Of a stretch of 64,000 nt of DNA, positions 1 to 10,381 are shown one piece after another. The notes below the pieces were generated by a model. It was not told the DNA's origin. It made no database searches and worked only from the letters and a program-made list of their open reading frames with translations. The position numbers were made by a program, and so were the translations under genes. Location: positions 12,457-76,456 of the forward strand of contig JAPYOT010000001.1 in assembly GCA_029938045.1 (NCBI GenBank), read 5' to 3'. Source of the DNA: Fidelibacterota bacterium (GTDB taxonomy: Bacteria > Fidelibacterota > Marinisomatia > Marinisomatales > TCS55). Position 1 is the stretch's first letter; the number at the start of each line of letters is the position of its first letter.

Positions 1-243
1 GTAACGGAGTTCGTGGCCATCCATAGCTTTATATCGATTAAAAACATCTTTTAGAGTACGTCCCCAGGCGTGGTGAACACCCATAGGATTATTTGCTGTG
101 ATTGGCCCATCTATGAATGACCATTTGGGTTTGCCTGCATTGGCATTCCGCCGTTTTTGGAAGATATCATTTTCTTTCCAAAAATCGAGTACTTCATGCT
201 CAATGGCAATAAAATCAGCTTGTGGGTTAACGCGTTGTATCAT
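1..243 (-). CDS. ileS: Class Ia aminoacyl-tRNA synthetase N-terminus, most likely isoleucyl-tRNA synthetase (gene continues past window start)
   Basis: Not in the ORF track because it runs off the window. My reverse-complement translation from the ATG at 243-241 gives [71 protein letters not shown]. The P-x-T-A-N-x element plus HIGH-like VHHA signature, and the F..iE..vL.fW opening, are typical of Ile/Val/Leu-type synthetases and closest to IleRS from memory. Confidence 0.55.
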   Translation of the reverse strand, partial: MIQRVNPQADFIAIEHEVLDFWKENDIFQKRRNANAGKPKWSFIDGPITANNPMGVHHAWGRTLKDVFNRYKAMDGHELRY

Positions 244-313
244 ATTTCAATTAGGCCCTTTTTAGGGGTGCAAAAATTAATCTTTTCACCATCTCGAAAC
301 AAAAGGAATAGAT

Positions 314-345
314 AATAAAAAAGGGCCATGTTGCCATGACCCTTT
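314..345 (-). terminator. Rho-independent terminator downstream of htrA
   Basis: On the minus strand GGGTCATG-GCAA-CATGGCCC (one G-U pair) is followed by TTTTTTATT. It lies about 25 nt after the htrA stop at 368. Confidence 0.6.
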
Positions 346-367
346 TAACCAAAAATATTATTTAAAA

Positions 368-1771
368 TTAATCGTCTAACTCAAGGGTCATATACCGGGC
401 TACGCCATCTCGCTTCATATGAAGCATAACCATATTTTTTTTCTGCGTTTCCTTAATAAGGGCTGCAAACCCTCGGGGTGAATTGCATTTTTTTGTACCC
501 ACCCGAGTAATAAGGTCACCAATTCGTATTCCTGCCTCTGCCGCAATACTTCCTTCAACTACAGCGATTACAATGACACCTTCTTCACCTTTACTTATAT
601 CGTATTCTCGTATGACTGATTGGCTAAGGGAGGAAACCTGGATGCCCAATTCATTTGTCTGGGCAGGTGGCCGACTCACGGTCGCCAGAGCATCATCGCC
701 AGGCATTTCTTCTAATGTGACCTTAAGTGTCTTTTTTCTACCATCACGAATCACAATCAAATCATATCTTTTATTCGGCTTCGATGCGGATACTGTATTT
801 CTAAGATGATCAACATTCTTCACCTGCACATGATTGAATTCTATAATCACATCTCCTGTTTTTAGACCTGCCTTTTTAGCGGGACCATCTTTAACCACAT
901 CCGATACCAATGCGCCATCCGGAGATTTTAACCCCATGGCACGAGCAGAGGAATCATTCAGTGGCTGAATCTGTACCCCAATCCAGGATCGCAATACTTT
1001 ACCATGTTGAATTAAATCTGCCATAACCTGTTTCACCATATTGGATGGGATAGCAAAGCCAACCCCTTTGTTACTGCGGTCAAAACTGTTGGTATAAATG
1101 GCTGTATTAATGCCAATCAAATCACCGGCGGAATTCAGCAAAGCTCCCCCACTGTTCCCCGGGTTAATGGCTGCATCAGTCTGGATAAAATCTTCATACA
1201 CATCACCTTGAATGATATTCCCCCTGCCTTTGGCAGAAACAATTCCTGCGGTTACCGTATGACTTAAATTAGCCGAAAATGGGCTCCCTACTGCAATGAC
1301 CCATTCGCCTACTCGAAGTTTATCCGAATTGCCAAAATCTAAATCCGTAAGACCCCGTGCATCAATTTGCAATACGGCTAAATCTGATTTGGGATCACGG
1401 CCTACCACCGTTGCTTTATACTCTGTCTTATCCAATAAACGCACGGTGATTTCATCCATATCGTCCACCACATGGTTATTGGTAATCACATATCCTTTCC
1501 GGGAATTAACAATCACACCAGATCCAAGAGCCGTTGATTTATATTCACGTTGTCTGGGCATACGTGGGGCGAAAAATTTAAAGAAATCATTGTCTTGCGG
1601 CAGTTGCCCATGGAGTTGACCTAAATCTACTTTTTTCTCGGTTAAAATGGTGACAACCGCCGGATTTGCTTTTTCTGCAATATCGGCAAATGCATCGCTA
1701 AATTGTTTTAATATTGAATTTTGGCCTGAAATACTTCCAACCAATAATATCATAAAAATTATTTTTTTCAT
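368..1771 (-). CDS. htrA: Periplasmic serine endoprotease HtrA/DegP/DegQ family with two PDZ domains
   Basis: Catalytic triad motifs are NNHVV (His), DLAVLQI (Asp) and GNSGGALLN (Ser), followed by two PDZ-like segments. I chose the start at MKKIIFMILLVGSISG (signal peptide) because AAGGAA lies 5-6 nt upstream. The longer ORF to 1864 would overlap the upstream gene's stop. Confidence 0.9.
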   Translation of the reverse strand: MKKIIFMILLVGSISGQNSILKQFSDAFADIAEKANPAVVTILTEKKVDLGQLHGQLPQDNDFFKFFAPRMPRQREYKSTALGSGVIVNSRKGYVITNNHVVDDMDEITVRLLDKTEYKATVVGRDPKSDLAVLQIDARGLTDLDFGNSDKLRVGEWVIAVGSPFSANLSHTVTAGIVSAKGRGNIIQGDVYEDFIQTDAAINPGNSGGALLNSAGDLIGINTAIYTNSFDRSNKGVGFAIPSNMVKQVMADLIQHGKVLRSWIGVQIQPLNDSSARAMGLKSPDGALVSDVVKDGPAKKAGLKTGDVIIEFNHVQVKNVDHLRNTVSASKPNKRYDLIVIRDGRKKTLKVTLEEMPGDDALATVSRPPAQTNELGIQVSSLSQSVIREYDISKGEEGVIVIAVVEGSIAAEAGIRIGDLITRVGTKKCNSPRGFAALIKETQKKNMVMLHMKRDGVARYMTLELDD

Positions 1772-1829
1772 CGGATTCCTTTGTTTCATAATATTCATTC
1801 TAATGCAATCCGTTGTTGAAGGTTCCATA

Positions 1830-4757
1830 TCATATACTTTTTTGAAAACTGAATACCCATTCATTCATATGCTCAATGGATTTTCCATCAATTGTTGCAC
1901 CTAATGGTTTATCAATTCGAAGATAGATGGATTGACCAAAAATTGTTTTAGACAATCGTATTCCAATACCATAATCAATGAGAGATGTACTGTTGAATCC
2001 ATTATCACCCACTTCAAATTTAGACCCCGTTAACGTTCCTGCATCCAAGAATGTGGCCAGTTCAAATTTAACCCCTAAAAGGGATTTGGTTAAATAACCT
2101 TCAAAAGTAGTCGTGAATACATTTTCTACACCACTAAACCCTTGATTTCCAAAAGCGCGAAGGTTGGCATCACCGGCTAAATGGTATTTATTCCTTAAGT
2201 TTGTATTATTATATAAACTGGATGCATCTCGAAGATATGGTTTTTCATACGTGGTGCCTGATCCGGCCCCTTCTACGGTGTATCTTTCTTGACTCGGAAC
2301 TCCTTTGTCATCAGCCCACATTTTCCCATAAATGCCTCTAAACCTTGCACCAAACAACCCAAAACTTTGATCAAATGATTCTGTAATAGTTAAACGACTG
2401 AAAGTCCAATCTGAGAGTCCGCCCGGTGCAAAATCAAAAACGACTTGGTTAGAAATAGGCCCTAAGTAAGCGTTTAGTTTGGTGAAGAAAACAACAGTTT
2501 TACCAATATCATATAAATTGGTTCTGCTCGTATCAACAGCATTGGTCACATAAAAACCCGATTCAACGTTTTTAATACCATAGATCGGGTTGGTGGCATT
2601 GAGCATTTTTTCAGAATTCAATCCATATCCACTCACACCACCTAAATCGTATGCATGAAAATAATTTTTGTCCATTCCTTTAAATAAGTCTCGATTCCAA
2701 CCGGAGACTTTCCAAAATACTTTACCTGTTTCAGTCCCAACATTAATATCGGTCATAACACTTTCTAATAACCCATATGATTTCCGCAACCTGAGTCCGG
2801 GAATGACTCCATCTTTTTCGAGATAATGGACAGTTGGATGCCATTGTTTTACCATTCGATTTCGAGGTTGGTATCGCATCCCCGGCCGATAAAACATTTT
2901 TTCTGACTGCATTTTGCCCGTGGAATTATTTCTGAAATCGATATCCATTGTTTGGGCATCGGGATCCAGCATAGCCGATTGTGGCTCACTGGGTACATTA
3001 TATGTAAAGGAGTCACTGGTTCGGAATTTATGGTTTGTCCACCAAACACGATGGGCCGCCCCATCTTTCAATTTTGTTTCCACCAGTTGGGGCATGTCCC
3101 GTTTCCCATTGCGGACAATGTTCAATGTCACATCCCAAGTGCCATCCGACTTTTTCTTCTTTTCCCAACCTTTAATGCCGTAATCCAAGAGACGCGTATC
3201 ATGGAGCCATGGGCGGAAGAACCAGTCTAAATCCTGACCGCTCACATCTTCCATGGCATCAACAAATCGTTTTTCATTGGTATGCTTCAGATTCCAACGA
3301 CGGAAATATTCCTGCATCCCTTGGGTAAATGTTTCTTCACCCAAAATATATTTTAATTCATCCAACATGAGAGATGGCTTTGTGTAGGCATTGGCGCCGG
3401 CAGCACGGCTCCCCTTAAACATATAAGTGGAGCGACTGATCGGTTCATCTTGACCACTGGCCATAAAACTGATCATTCCCCATTGGGAATTCCCCAAACT
3501 GCTGTTAAAGCGCCAGTGTTTTTTCTGCCAATCTTTATAGCGCTTACCACCTTCCAGATCAAACCCGTGATCACCATACCGATCCATCATATACCATCGC
3601 GTTTGAAACGACGTAAACCCCTCGTCCATCCACGCTTCACGCACTTCATTATTGGCAAGGATGCCGTAAAACCAAATGTGTCCCACTTCGTGGAGGATCA
3701 ATCCTTCAGATTCGCTGCCATCCATGACCAGCATAGGGTATTCCATACCGCCCCCGGCGAGGCGATCTGTATTGGTCACTTGCGGATAAGGATACATGCC
3801 GAATTGTGTACTGAGCCATTGAATGGCACGCTCGGTCCGGGCTACCGCTTTTTGGGTCCACTTTTTACCATTTTTTTGATTGAAAAGGGCATGGACCGCA
3901 ACTCCATTCCACTCTCCACTTTCGTATAAAAAATTAGGTGTGGTGACCCAGGCAAAGTCATGAACATTTTCTGCATGAAAAGACACCACCCGTCTTTCGG
4001 TGGAATCATATTCCATGCGGTTCTTCTTGAATTCTTTCAGCCAATCTGAAAATTTTTGACTCGTATCCACCCGCACTTCTTCCCATCCCGGATCCCCCTT
4101 TGAAACCACACCTGTAGCACCGATGATATATCCTTTGGGTACATCCATGGTTACATCAAATGTGCCAAATTCTCCATAGAATTCTCCCTCAGCATGGAAA
4201 GGTTCATCGAACCAGCCATTTTCATCATAGACCACCATTTTCGGATACCAATGGGCAAAATTATATTGGACACCAACTCGTCCAGCCCGTTCAGAGAATT
4301 CCCCCACATGCTGGGTCCAATCCAGGGCAATGATAAGAGAATCTCCCGGAGCCAAAGGTTGGGATAGATCAGCAGATAAAATGGTATCTTCTATTTTGAA
4401 AGTATCGGCAATCACGCTCCCATCCATGTCAATGGAGAAATTGCTGATATCATAATTAGATAAATATTTTTCCATCCCTTTCATGAATTTGGCAATCCGG
4501 CTGCCGCGGCCGAGGTTGGCCATGTATTCCCGATGTTTCACCGTCCCTTCCTGAAAGGCATTGGCATAAAGATTAATATAAATGTGATCCAATTCATTTG
4601 GGGAATTGTTGACGTATTTAATGGTTGAATGGCCACCGATGGTATGGGCTGCGGTATCCAGTTTTACATCCATTTGATAGCGGACAAACTGTTGCCAGTA
4701 TTCCCCGGAAAATAGTGAGGATAAATTGAGAGCAATAAATAGAAATATAGGTTTCAC
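1830..4757 (-). CDS. M1-family zinc metallopeptidase (aminopeptidase N-like) fused to a C-terminal Omp85/surface-antigen-D15-type beta-barrel
   Basis: N-terminal signal peptide [17 protein letters not shown]. The HEVGH zinc motif is encoded at 3678-3692 (checked on the DNA), followed by WMDEGFTSF (gluzincin third ligand). The C-terminal ~330 aa has alternating beta-strand patterning, an LRAFG (VRG[FY]-like) motif, and the Omp85-type terminal signature [35 protein letters not shown]. Confidence 0.8.
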   Translation of the reverse strand: MKPIFLFIALNLSSLFSGEYWQQFVRYQMDVKLDTAAHTIGGHSTIKYVNNSPNELDHIYINLYANAFQEGTVKHREYMANLGRGSRIAKFMKGMEKYLSNYDISNFSIDMDGSVIADTFKIEDTILSADLSQPLAPGDSLIIALDWTQHVGEFSERAGRVGVQYNFAHWYPKMVVYDENGWFDEPFHAEGEFYGEFGTFDVTMDVPKGYIIGATGVVSKGDPGWEEVRVDTSQKFSDWLKEFKKNRMEYDSTERRVVSFHAENVHDFAWVTTPNFLYESGEWNGVAVHALFNQKNGKKWTQKAVARTERAIQWLSTQFGMYPYPQVTNTDRLAGGGMEYPMLVMDGSESEGLILHEVGHIWFYGILANNEVREAWMDEGFTSFQTRWYMMDRYGDHGFDLEGGKRYKDWQKKHWRFNSSLGNSQWGMISFMASGQDEPISRSTYMFKGSRAAGANAYTKPSLMLDELKYILGEETFTQGMQEYFRRWNLKHTNEKRFVDAMEDVSGQDLDWFFRPWLHDTRLLDYGIKGWEKKKKSDGTWDVTLNIVRNGKRDMPQLVETKLKDGAAHRVWWTNHKFRTSDSFTYNVPSEPQSAMLDPDAQTMDIDFRNNSTGKMQSEKMFYRPGMRYQPRNRMVKQWHPTVHYLEKDGVIPGLRLRKSYGLLESVMTDINVGTETGKVFWKVSGWNRDLFKGMDKNYFHAYDLGGVSGYGLNSEKMLNATNPIYGIKNVESGFYVTNAVDTSRTNLYDIGKTVVFFTKLNAYLGPISNQVVFDFAPGGLSDWTFSRLTITESFDQSFGLFGARFRGIYGKMWADDKGVPSQERYTVEGAGSGTTYEKPYLRDASSLYNNTNLRNKYHLAGDANLRAFGNQGFSGVENVFTTTFEGYLTKSLLGVKFELATFLDAGTLTGSKFEVGDNGFNSTSLIDYGIGIRLSKTIFGQSIYLRIDKPLGATIDGKSIEHMNEWVFSFQKSI

Positions 4758-4858
4758 AATATCGTTCCAGAAACTACATAGATGGTCATGTGGACCTTCA
4801 TTGGCAAATGAATTTTAGTTGGGTGATTTTTATATTACACTCAAAAAGTATTAAGGGA

Positions 4859-5452
4859 TTAAGAGGAAGAAAGAAGTGGTTGTAAATCTTTGTAAAATAC
4901 TTCCTCACTCCGCGGGCCGATATATCCCTTCACGATATATCCTTCTTGATCAATGATTAATGTGGTGGGAATCCCCGTTATAGGTCTTCCGATGGCACGC
5001 CCATAAATACTGGTCACTCTTTGTGTTTCGTTATTATCTATATCTGTAAGTACAGTATATTCCATATCCCAGTCATTCATAAATTCGAGAATGTTTTTAG
5101 ATGAACCAGAGGTAAGGGTTATCCCAACAATTTCCAAACCATCTTTTTGATATTTCGCATGTAATTTATTAAAATCGGGAATTTCTCTCCGGCAGGGCCC
5201 GCACCACGTTCCCCAAAAGTTGAGCATAATTACTTTACCGCGGTTTTCACTTAATTTGAATAATTCACCCTGAACGGTACGGAGTGTAAAATCAGGTGCT
5301 TTGATGGCATTCACCGGCCGTTTACTTTTATTAGAGCCCATCATTTTATTTACAATTTCGCTGGGACGGGTCGCCTCCTTCATTTTTCCTTTTTGACCAC
5401 AACCGATAGCAATCAATATGGTCATCCATAAAATTATTCTCATTTTAATCAT
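4859..5452 (-). CDS. TlpA/ResA-family thiol:disulfide oxidoreductase lipoprotein (thioredoxin fold)
   Basis: WGTWCGPCRREIP contains the CxxC motif. Lipoprotein signal LIAIGCGQ. The start is 4 nt downstream of the dsbD stop. Confidence 0.88.
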   Translation of the reverse strand: MIKMRIILWMTILIAIGCGQKGKMKEATRPSEIVNKMMGSNKSKRPVNAIKAPDFTLRTVQGELFKLSENRGKVIMLNFWGTWCGPCRREIPDFNKLHAKYQKDGLEIVGITLTSGSSKNILEFMNDWDMEYTVLTDIDNNETQRVTSIYGRAIGRPITGIPTTLIIDQEGYIVKGYIGPRSEEVFYKDLQPLLSSS

Positions 5453-5456
5453 CTTT

Positions 5457-7334
5457 CTATCCTGCTAATCCTTTATCCAAAAAATCCAAAAAATCATCAA
5501 GACTGCGTGTCATTCCTGGGAAAGTTGTTATTACATCATCGTTGGGACTTAAAATTACATAAAATGGTAATGCTGCCGTTCCGAATCGATCTATTTCATA
5601 TTGTTGATTTTCCCGATGGTTCGGGCCCCCATCTGTATAAAGCTGCACAAGAATCATTTCGCCAAACCGATGTTTCACTTCGGTCTTCGTAAATGTATTC
5701 GCTTCCATCCATCGGCAATTTGTACAGGTATATCCTGTAAAGTCAATAAACACTGATTTTCCTGTTGCTCTCGCTTCTGCAAGCCCTTCGTCTAAATTTC
5801 GATACCAATTAAATTCCTCTGCCATGGATGCACCATTCGTGCGCACCGCACCGGATTCACTTTCAACAATGGGCGGTAAATAAGAATATATCAAACCATG
5901 AATTTTTTGCCCAAAAAGACCAGATGTGAGATACAAACCGAAAGTTAAAAATGCCGTACTTAACATGAGTCTGGGAACACTAATGGAAGCGAGAGGTGAA
6001 TCATGTGGCAATTGTATTTTTCCCAAAAGATAAATACCAGTCAGAAGCATCAATACAGCCCAAACAGCTAAAACAGTATTATGAGAGAAAAATCCCCAAC
6101 CCCAAACCAAGTCGGTGTTACTAATAAACTTGAAGGCTGCTGCCAATTCTAAAAACCCCATGACCACTTTCACAGAATTTAACCAGCTACCGGATTTTGG
6201 CATTTTAGCCAAATATTGTGGAAAAAGTGCCAAAAAGAAAAATGGCAATGCAAATGCAGCACTAAAAACAACCATGCCGATCATGGGCCAAAACCATTGA
6301 CCTTGAGAAGCTGCGACCAAAAGAAGTCCGACAAACTGCACCGTACATGTAAAACTGGTCAATGTAAAGGTGACGGCCATAAAAAGCGTTCCTATAACGC
6401 CGCCTCGCCCCTCTTGTTTCAGTGAATACTGACGTAATGCGGATGGAAGTTCAATTTCGTACATCCCAAAAAGAGATAGGGCAAAATAAATAAACAATGC
6501 AGCAATAAAAATATTCACCCACGGATTGGCCGCCAACTGGTTGGCGCCAGAAGCACCCAATGTCAATGCCAATATAATACCGAGGATAGAAAATGTAGCA
6601 ATAATCCCTAAAGTATAAATGATTGCATTGGTAATGGGTTTCCCTTCCCCTGTTTCACCCTGATGGGTAAAGAAGGAAACAGTTATCGGAATCATTGGAA
6701 AAACGCAAGGGGTTAACAGGGCAAGAAGCCCCATGGAGAATGCCAATATAACAAATGAGAAAAACCCCTCATCAATGGCCGCATCCAGATTGATATTTCC
6801 AAAATCATCAAAAACTTCGGTAACCAAAACCATCTCAGTGCGATCATCTCTAACTGTCCCACCCTCTACGGTGACCGTGATGGTCAATACTTCTTCCTTT
6901 GGCGGATAACACAGAGATGCATTGCATACCTGAAAAAGAACATTGACTGATAAATTATATTTTCCAGGGGACAAATCCGATTTTACTAAAATCGGTGCTT
7001 TAAAAATGGCACCTCCTTGATGCGTTCGGGTCGTGGTTAAAAATCCATCATCATATTTTTCAACCGGTTCATCCTCCCAGACCAATCCTGACGCTTCAAT
7101 TATTTCTCCCGTAACAACCACTCGTGTGGCGATGGGCCCTTCACCTTGATCCCGAAGCGCATATATTTTCCACTCCGCGTCCATTTCTGCCTTCACGATA
7201 ATATTCACAACTTCTCCAGCACGGACAGAAGATTCTGCTTTCGCTGACAGGGTTACCGGACTTTCAAATTGTCCCCAGAGATGGGAAATAGTAAAAAGGC
7301 CTATGAGGATAATTGTTTTTATAAATCTATTCAT
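5457..7334 (-). CDS. dsbD: Thiol:disulfide interchange protein DsbD (three-domain: N-terminal Ig-like, membrane core, C-terminal thioredoxin)
   Basis: N-terminal domain contains QVCNASLCYPP. The multi-TM core carries LTPCVFPMIPI and SFTCT cysteines. The C-terminal thioredoxin-like domain has FTGYTCTNCRWME. Confidence 0.88.
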   Translation of the reverse strand: MNRFIKTIILIGLFTISHLWGQFESPVTLSAKAESSVRAGEVVNIIVKAEMDAEWKIYALRDQGEGPIATRVVVTGEIIEASGLVWEDEPVEKYDDGFLTTTRTHQGGAIFKAPILVKSDLSPGKYNLSVNVLFQVCNASLCYPPKEEVLTITVTVEGGTVRDDRTEMVLVTEVFDDFGNINLDAAIDEGFFSFVILAFSMGLLALLTPCVFPMIPITVSFFTHQGETGEGKPITNAIIYTLGIIATFSILGIILALTLGASGANQLAANPWVNIFIAALFIYFALSLFGMYEIELPSALRQYSLKQEGRGGVIGTLFMAVTFTLTSFTCTVQFVGLLLVAASQGQWFWPMIGMVVFSAAFALPFFFLALFPQYLAKMPKSGSWLNSVKVVMGFLELAAAFKFISNTDLVWGWGFFSHNTVLAVWAVLMLLTGIYLLGKIQLPHDSPLASISVPRLMLSTAFLTFGLYLTSGLFGQKIHGLIYSYLPPIVESESGAVRTNGASMAEEFNWYRNLDEGLAEARATGKSVFIDFTGYTCTNCRWMEANTFTKTEVKHRFGEMILVQLYTDGGPNHRENQQYEIDRFGTAALPFYVILSPNDDVITTFPGMTRSLDDFLDFLDKGLAG

Positions 7335-7376
7335 TTATCTATATTTTTTTCACAAATCGGGTCGAAGGTAAGTGTA

Positions 7377-8291
7377 TTAATTATGGTGACCAAACCATTG
7401 TTTGAGGCGAAAACTAAGTCCTTTTCTTTGATTAATTTGTCGTTGAATTGTCAAAATTGCATTTTCACAAGATTGAATACCTTCATTAAAAAAATAATCA
7501 AATTGATCGAAATCGGACCATTGATAATTTTTGACATCTGGACTGATTAATATATCAGCATCCCGTGAAAAATGTTTTATGAGGTTTTGGTAAGTGGACA
7601 TGTCTGACCGCATCATAATTTCATATATGTTTATTTCATCCAAAGGTTTCATACCACGCCGGCGAATATCAATACCAATTAATAAATCCACATCATTTCT
7701 AATAATGGTCGTGGGCAAGGGGACACTTACGCCACCGTCCACCAAAAGTTGTCCATTCACTACTGTTGGTTCCACATAGCCAGGGATGGTACCGCTTCGG
7801 GTGGTCGCTTCTACCAAATCACCCGAATCATAAACCACAGGCTGGCATGTATTTAAATCCGTGGAAATAACTTTCAATGGAATCTTTAATTCTTCAAATG
7901 TTTTTACCGGAATTAAAAAATCAAATGCATCTTTTAAACGCTTTTTTTTAATGATTGAATTCCGATGCAATGACATAGCCAGCACCATTTGATCTTTCAA
8001 CTTTTTAGCAACCTGATTAAAAGCTGAACTTGACGAGGTTGGCTTATATGAAATACGATCCGTCCCCAGTTCTCTAAAGGGATCACTCTTTATGAATTCC
8101 CGAAATCGCTTTTCAACCCATTTTGGATCGAGCGTTGCGGCATACATGGCACCCACGACAGCACCAGCACTGGTTCCTGCAATCAGATGAATCGGTATTT
8201 TATGTTGATGCAAAGTAGTCAGGGCACCAACATGGGCTGCCCCTCTTGCGCCCCCTCCTCCTAAAGCAAGACCAATGATTGGCCTGGGCAT
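7377..8291 (-). CDS. Patatin-like phospholipase (RssA-like)
   Basis: GGGGARG oxyanion motif, GTSAG nucleophile elbow (GxSxG) and VDGG catalytic Asp motif. Confidence 0.88.
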   Translation of the reverse strand: MPRPIIGLALGGGGARGAAHVGALTTLHQHKIPIHLIAGTSAGAVVGAMYAATLDPKWVEKRFREFIKSDPFRELGTDRISYKPTSSSSAFNQVAKKLKDQMVLAMSLHRNSIIKKKRLKDAFDFLIPVKTFEELKIPLKVISTDLNTCQPVVYDSGDLVEATTRSGTIPGYVEPTVVNGQLLVDGGVSVPLPTTIIRNDVDLLIGIDIRRRGMKPLDEINIYEIMMRSDMSTYQNLIKHFSRDADILISPDVKNYQWSDFDQFDYFFNEGIQSCENAILTIQRQINQRKGLSFRLKQWFGHHN

Positions 8292-8921
8292 TTAGTCTTT
8301 CAACGCCTCGCTTTGTTTCATGATTTTCACAGACATTTCCACTCTTTCAAATGGATTATCACCATCGGGTCCTTGATACATTCTATTTTCACGCTTTGGT
8401 GTGTTGGCACTTGCAATCTGGTCAATCACGTCCATCCCAGAAATAACTTTTCCAAAAACAGTATATTGATGATCCAATGCTGGTTGAGGTGCATGACAGA
8501 TAAAAAACTGACTCGACGCACTATTTGGATTCCGAGTCCTTGCCATGGATAACGTGCCCCTCACATGGAGAGAATCATTAAACTCAGCAGGAACCAACCA
8601 TGAATCAGGATCATCTTCACGACCAATGCCGAAATATTTTCCTGCCCTACCTCCTGTACCATCATTCATCCGGTCATTATCCTTCGAATTAGGATCACCA
8701 CCTTGAATCATGAATCCGGGAATGATTCTATGGAAGGTTGTCCCATCAAAAAAGCCTTCTTTCGCGAGGATTTGAAAATTCTCAACATGGTAAGGAGCCA
8801 CTTCCGGATATAGTTCCACAACCATATCACCAAACTGTGTGGATATTACTGCCACATCATTATCTTTTGCACAACTCATGAATAGTACTCCAATACTAAT
8901 TAAACTGACTATTTTTTTCAC
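8292..8921 (-). CDS. Cyclophilin-type peptidyl-prolyl cis-trans isomerase, lipoprotein
   Basis: FHRIIPGFMIQGGDP and SMAR..PNSASSQFFI motifs. Lipobox LFMSCAKDN. GTG start at 8921-8919 is preceded by AGGAG 9 nt upstream and shares 1 nt with the pyrE stop. Confidence 0.9.
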   Translation of the reverse strand: MKKIVSLISIGVLFMSCAKDNDVAVISTQFGDMVVELYPEVAPYHVENFQILAKEGFFDGTTFHRIIPGFMIQGGDPNSKDNDRMNDGTGGRAGKYFGIGREDDPDSWLVPAEFNDSLHVRGTLSMARTRNPNSASSQFFICHAPQPALDHQYTVFGKVISGMDVIDQIASANTPKRENRMYQGPDGDNPFERVEMSVKIMKQSEALKD

Positions 8922-9496
8922 TATTTTAAACTCCTACTTCCTGGTTTTGTCGTTGGAATTGCTGCCAATTCCTCCGGGATTTCACTTTCTTCATAACTTA
9001 AAACTTCCATGGGAACTAATGAGAATTGGTTTTTGTGCAAAACGACTAACCCATTACTTCGGTCAACGATCACAGCCACCCCCATTACGATTCCGCCAAA
9101 CGCTTCGACTACATTCATTACTTCTTTCACAGATCCTCCTGTGGTAATGACATCTTCTACAACCAATACTTTTTCACCGGGTTTAATATTGAACCCTCGG
9201 CGAAGGGTCATCTCTCCATTTTCCCGTTCTGCGAAAATGGTGCGCTTTCCCATAAACCTTCCCACATCCGTTCCGATCACAATTCCTCCTACCGCAGGGG
9301 AGATTACTGTATCAATGTCTAAGCTTTCAAAATGATCTGATATTTTTTGAGAAAACATGGATAAATACTGTGGGTGCTGGAGTACCTTCGCACATTGAAA
9401 ATAAGATGGACTATGCCGCCCAGAGGTGAGTACAAAATGGCCCTCTAATAGTGCCCCAGTTTCTCTAAAAATATTTAAATAGTCATCACGACTCAC
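8921..9496 (-). CDS. pyrE: Orotate phosphoribosyltransferase
   Basis: PRPP-binding loop [15 protein letters not shown]. Size (191 aa) and adjacency to pyrF fit. Confidence 0.9.
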   Translation of the reverse strand: MSRDDYLNIFRETGALLEGHFVLTSGRHSPSYFQCAKVLQHPQYLSMFSQKISDHFESLDIDTVISPAVGGIVIGTDVGRFMGKRTIFAERENGEMTLRRGFNIKPGEKVLVVEDVITTGGSVKEVMNVVEAFGGIVMGVAVIVDRSNGLVVLHKNQFSLVPMEVLSYEESEIPEELAAIPTTKPGSRSLK

Positions 9497-10289
9497 TCGT
9501 AATTCCCCTCATTTGGTCTACATAGTTTTGTGCCGCATTCCGAATGGCTTTTTCACTGAGATCGCCGGCAAAACTAATTCCTCTTGAAACATTAATCAAT
9601 GCAATGCCGTCTGTATTCCCATCTTTCATACTTCGTTTTAAGTCTCCACCCTGTGCCCCGATTCCGGGAATTAAAAATGGCAGTCCCGGTGCCTGCTTCC
9701 GTACACGGCTAATTTCTTCCGGCGCGGTGGCGCCAACGACTAATCCCACATTGTCATTGCTGTTCCAATCAACGGCCATTTTAGCTACTTTATCGAACAA
9801 CATTTCATTCCCAATCGGTTGATTTTGAAAATCAACGGCAGAAGGATTGGATGTTCGGCACAGAATGAAAACGCCCTTTTCAGGATTGTTTATAAATGGT
9901 GTGATAGAATCCTGCCCCATATATGGGTTCAACGTTACCGCATCAAATCCAAAATGACTGAATAAACTATGGGCGTATTGTTTGGCCGTATTACCAATAT
10001 CTCCCCTTTTCCCATCCCCAATAATGATTGTATCATCACCAAAATATTCCATGGTTTCTTCCAACCATTTAAAACCGGCGCTCCCCCACCGTTCAAAAAA
10101 TGCCAAATTTGGCTTGAATGCAGCAGCTAAATCTTGAGTTGCATCAATGACTTTATTAGCATGTGCCATTAATGTACCTAAGGACGAATCTGTCGAACCT
10201 AACCCTTCTGGATTCATATCCAGCCCCACGCAAAGATGGCTTCCTTTTTCCCTTATAACATCTGAAAGTCGCGAATTAAATGATTTCAT
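9486..10289 (-). CDS. pyrF: Orotidine-5'-phosphate decarboxylase, type 2
   Basis: [10 protein letters not shown] and [14 protein letters not shown] motifs. The ORF extends to 10376, leaving only 5 bp to the divergent gene. I prefer the internal Met ([24 protein letters not shown]), which matches typical PyrF N-termini and leaves a ~90-bp divergent promoter region. Confidence 0.85.
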   Translation of the reverse strand: MKSFNSRLSDVIREKGSHLCVGLDMNPEGLGSTDSSLGTLMAHANKVIDATQDLAAAFKPNLAFFERWGSAGFKWLEETMEYFGDDTIIIGDGKRGDIGNTAKQYAHSLFSHFGFDAVTLNPYMGQDSITPFINNPEKGVFILCRTSNPSAVDFQNQPIGNEMLFDKVAKMAVDWNSNDNVGLVVGATAPEEISRVRKQAPGLPFLIPGIGAQGGDLKRSMKDGNTDGIALINVSRGISFAGDLSEKAIRNAAQNYVDQMRGITSES

Positions 10290-10381
10290 TAGCCAAGAAT
10301 TTACTTTGGATTGACCTGAACCTGAAAAAGGATTGTATAGTTTATTAGAAAAACTGTTCGCATCTATTAAATTCACCCCCT

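Noticed and set aside
3450-3929. 159-aa plus-strand ORF inside the M1 peptidase gene. Similar antisense ORFs occur at 24420-24791, 27997-28446, 29511-29894, 9009-9335, 1296-1619 and elsewhere.
   Set aside because: These are shadow ORFs lying entirely within strongly supported genes on the opposite strand. Their compositions are low-complexity or Pro/Ser/Thr-rich as expected from antisense frames, and they have no recognisable motifs.
7377-8291. The patatin-like phospholipase could be a CBASS or other abortive-infection effector
   Set aside because: No CD-NTase, SMODS, SAVED or other cyclic-oligonucleotide sensor domain is fused or adjacent. The context is envelope housekeeping genes (DsbD, cyclophilin), and the architecture is a plain RssA-like patatin.
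10377-10381. A 5-bp divergent intergenic region between pyrF and the GNAT gene, as an unusual overlapping-promoter arrangement
   Set aside because: This is most simply explained by an over-extended pyrF ORF. Starting at the internal Met (10289) restores a ~90-bp divergent promoter region.
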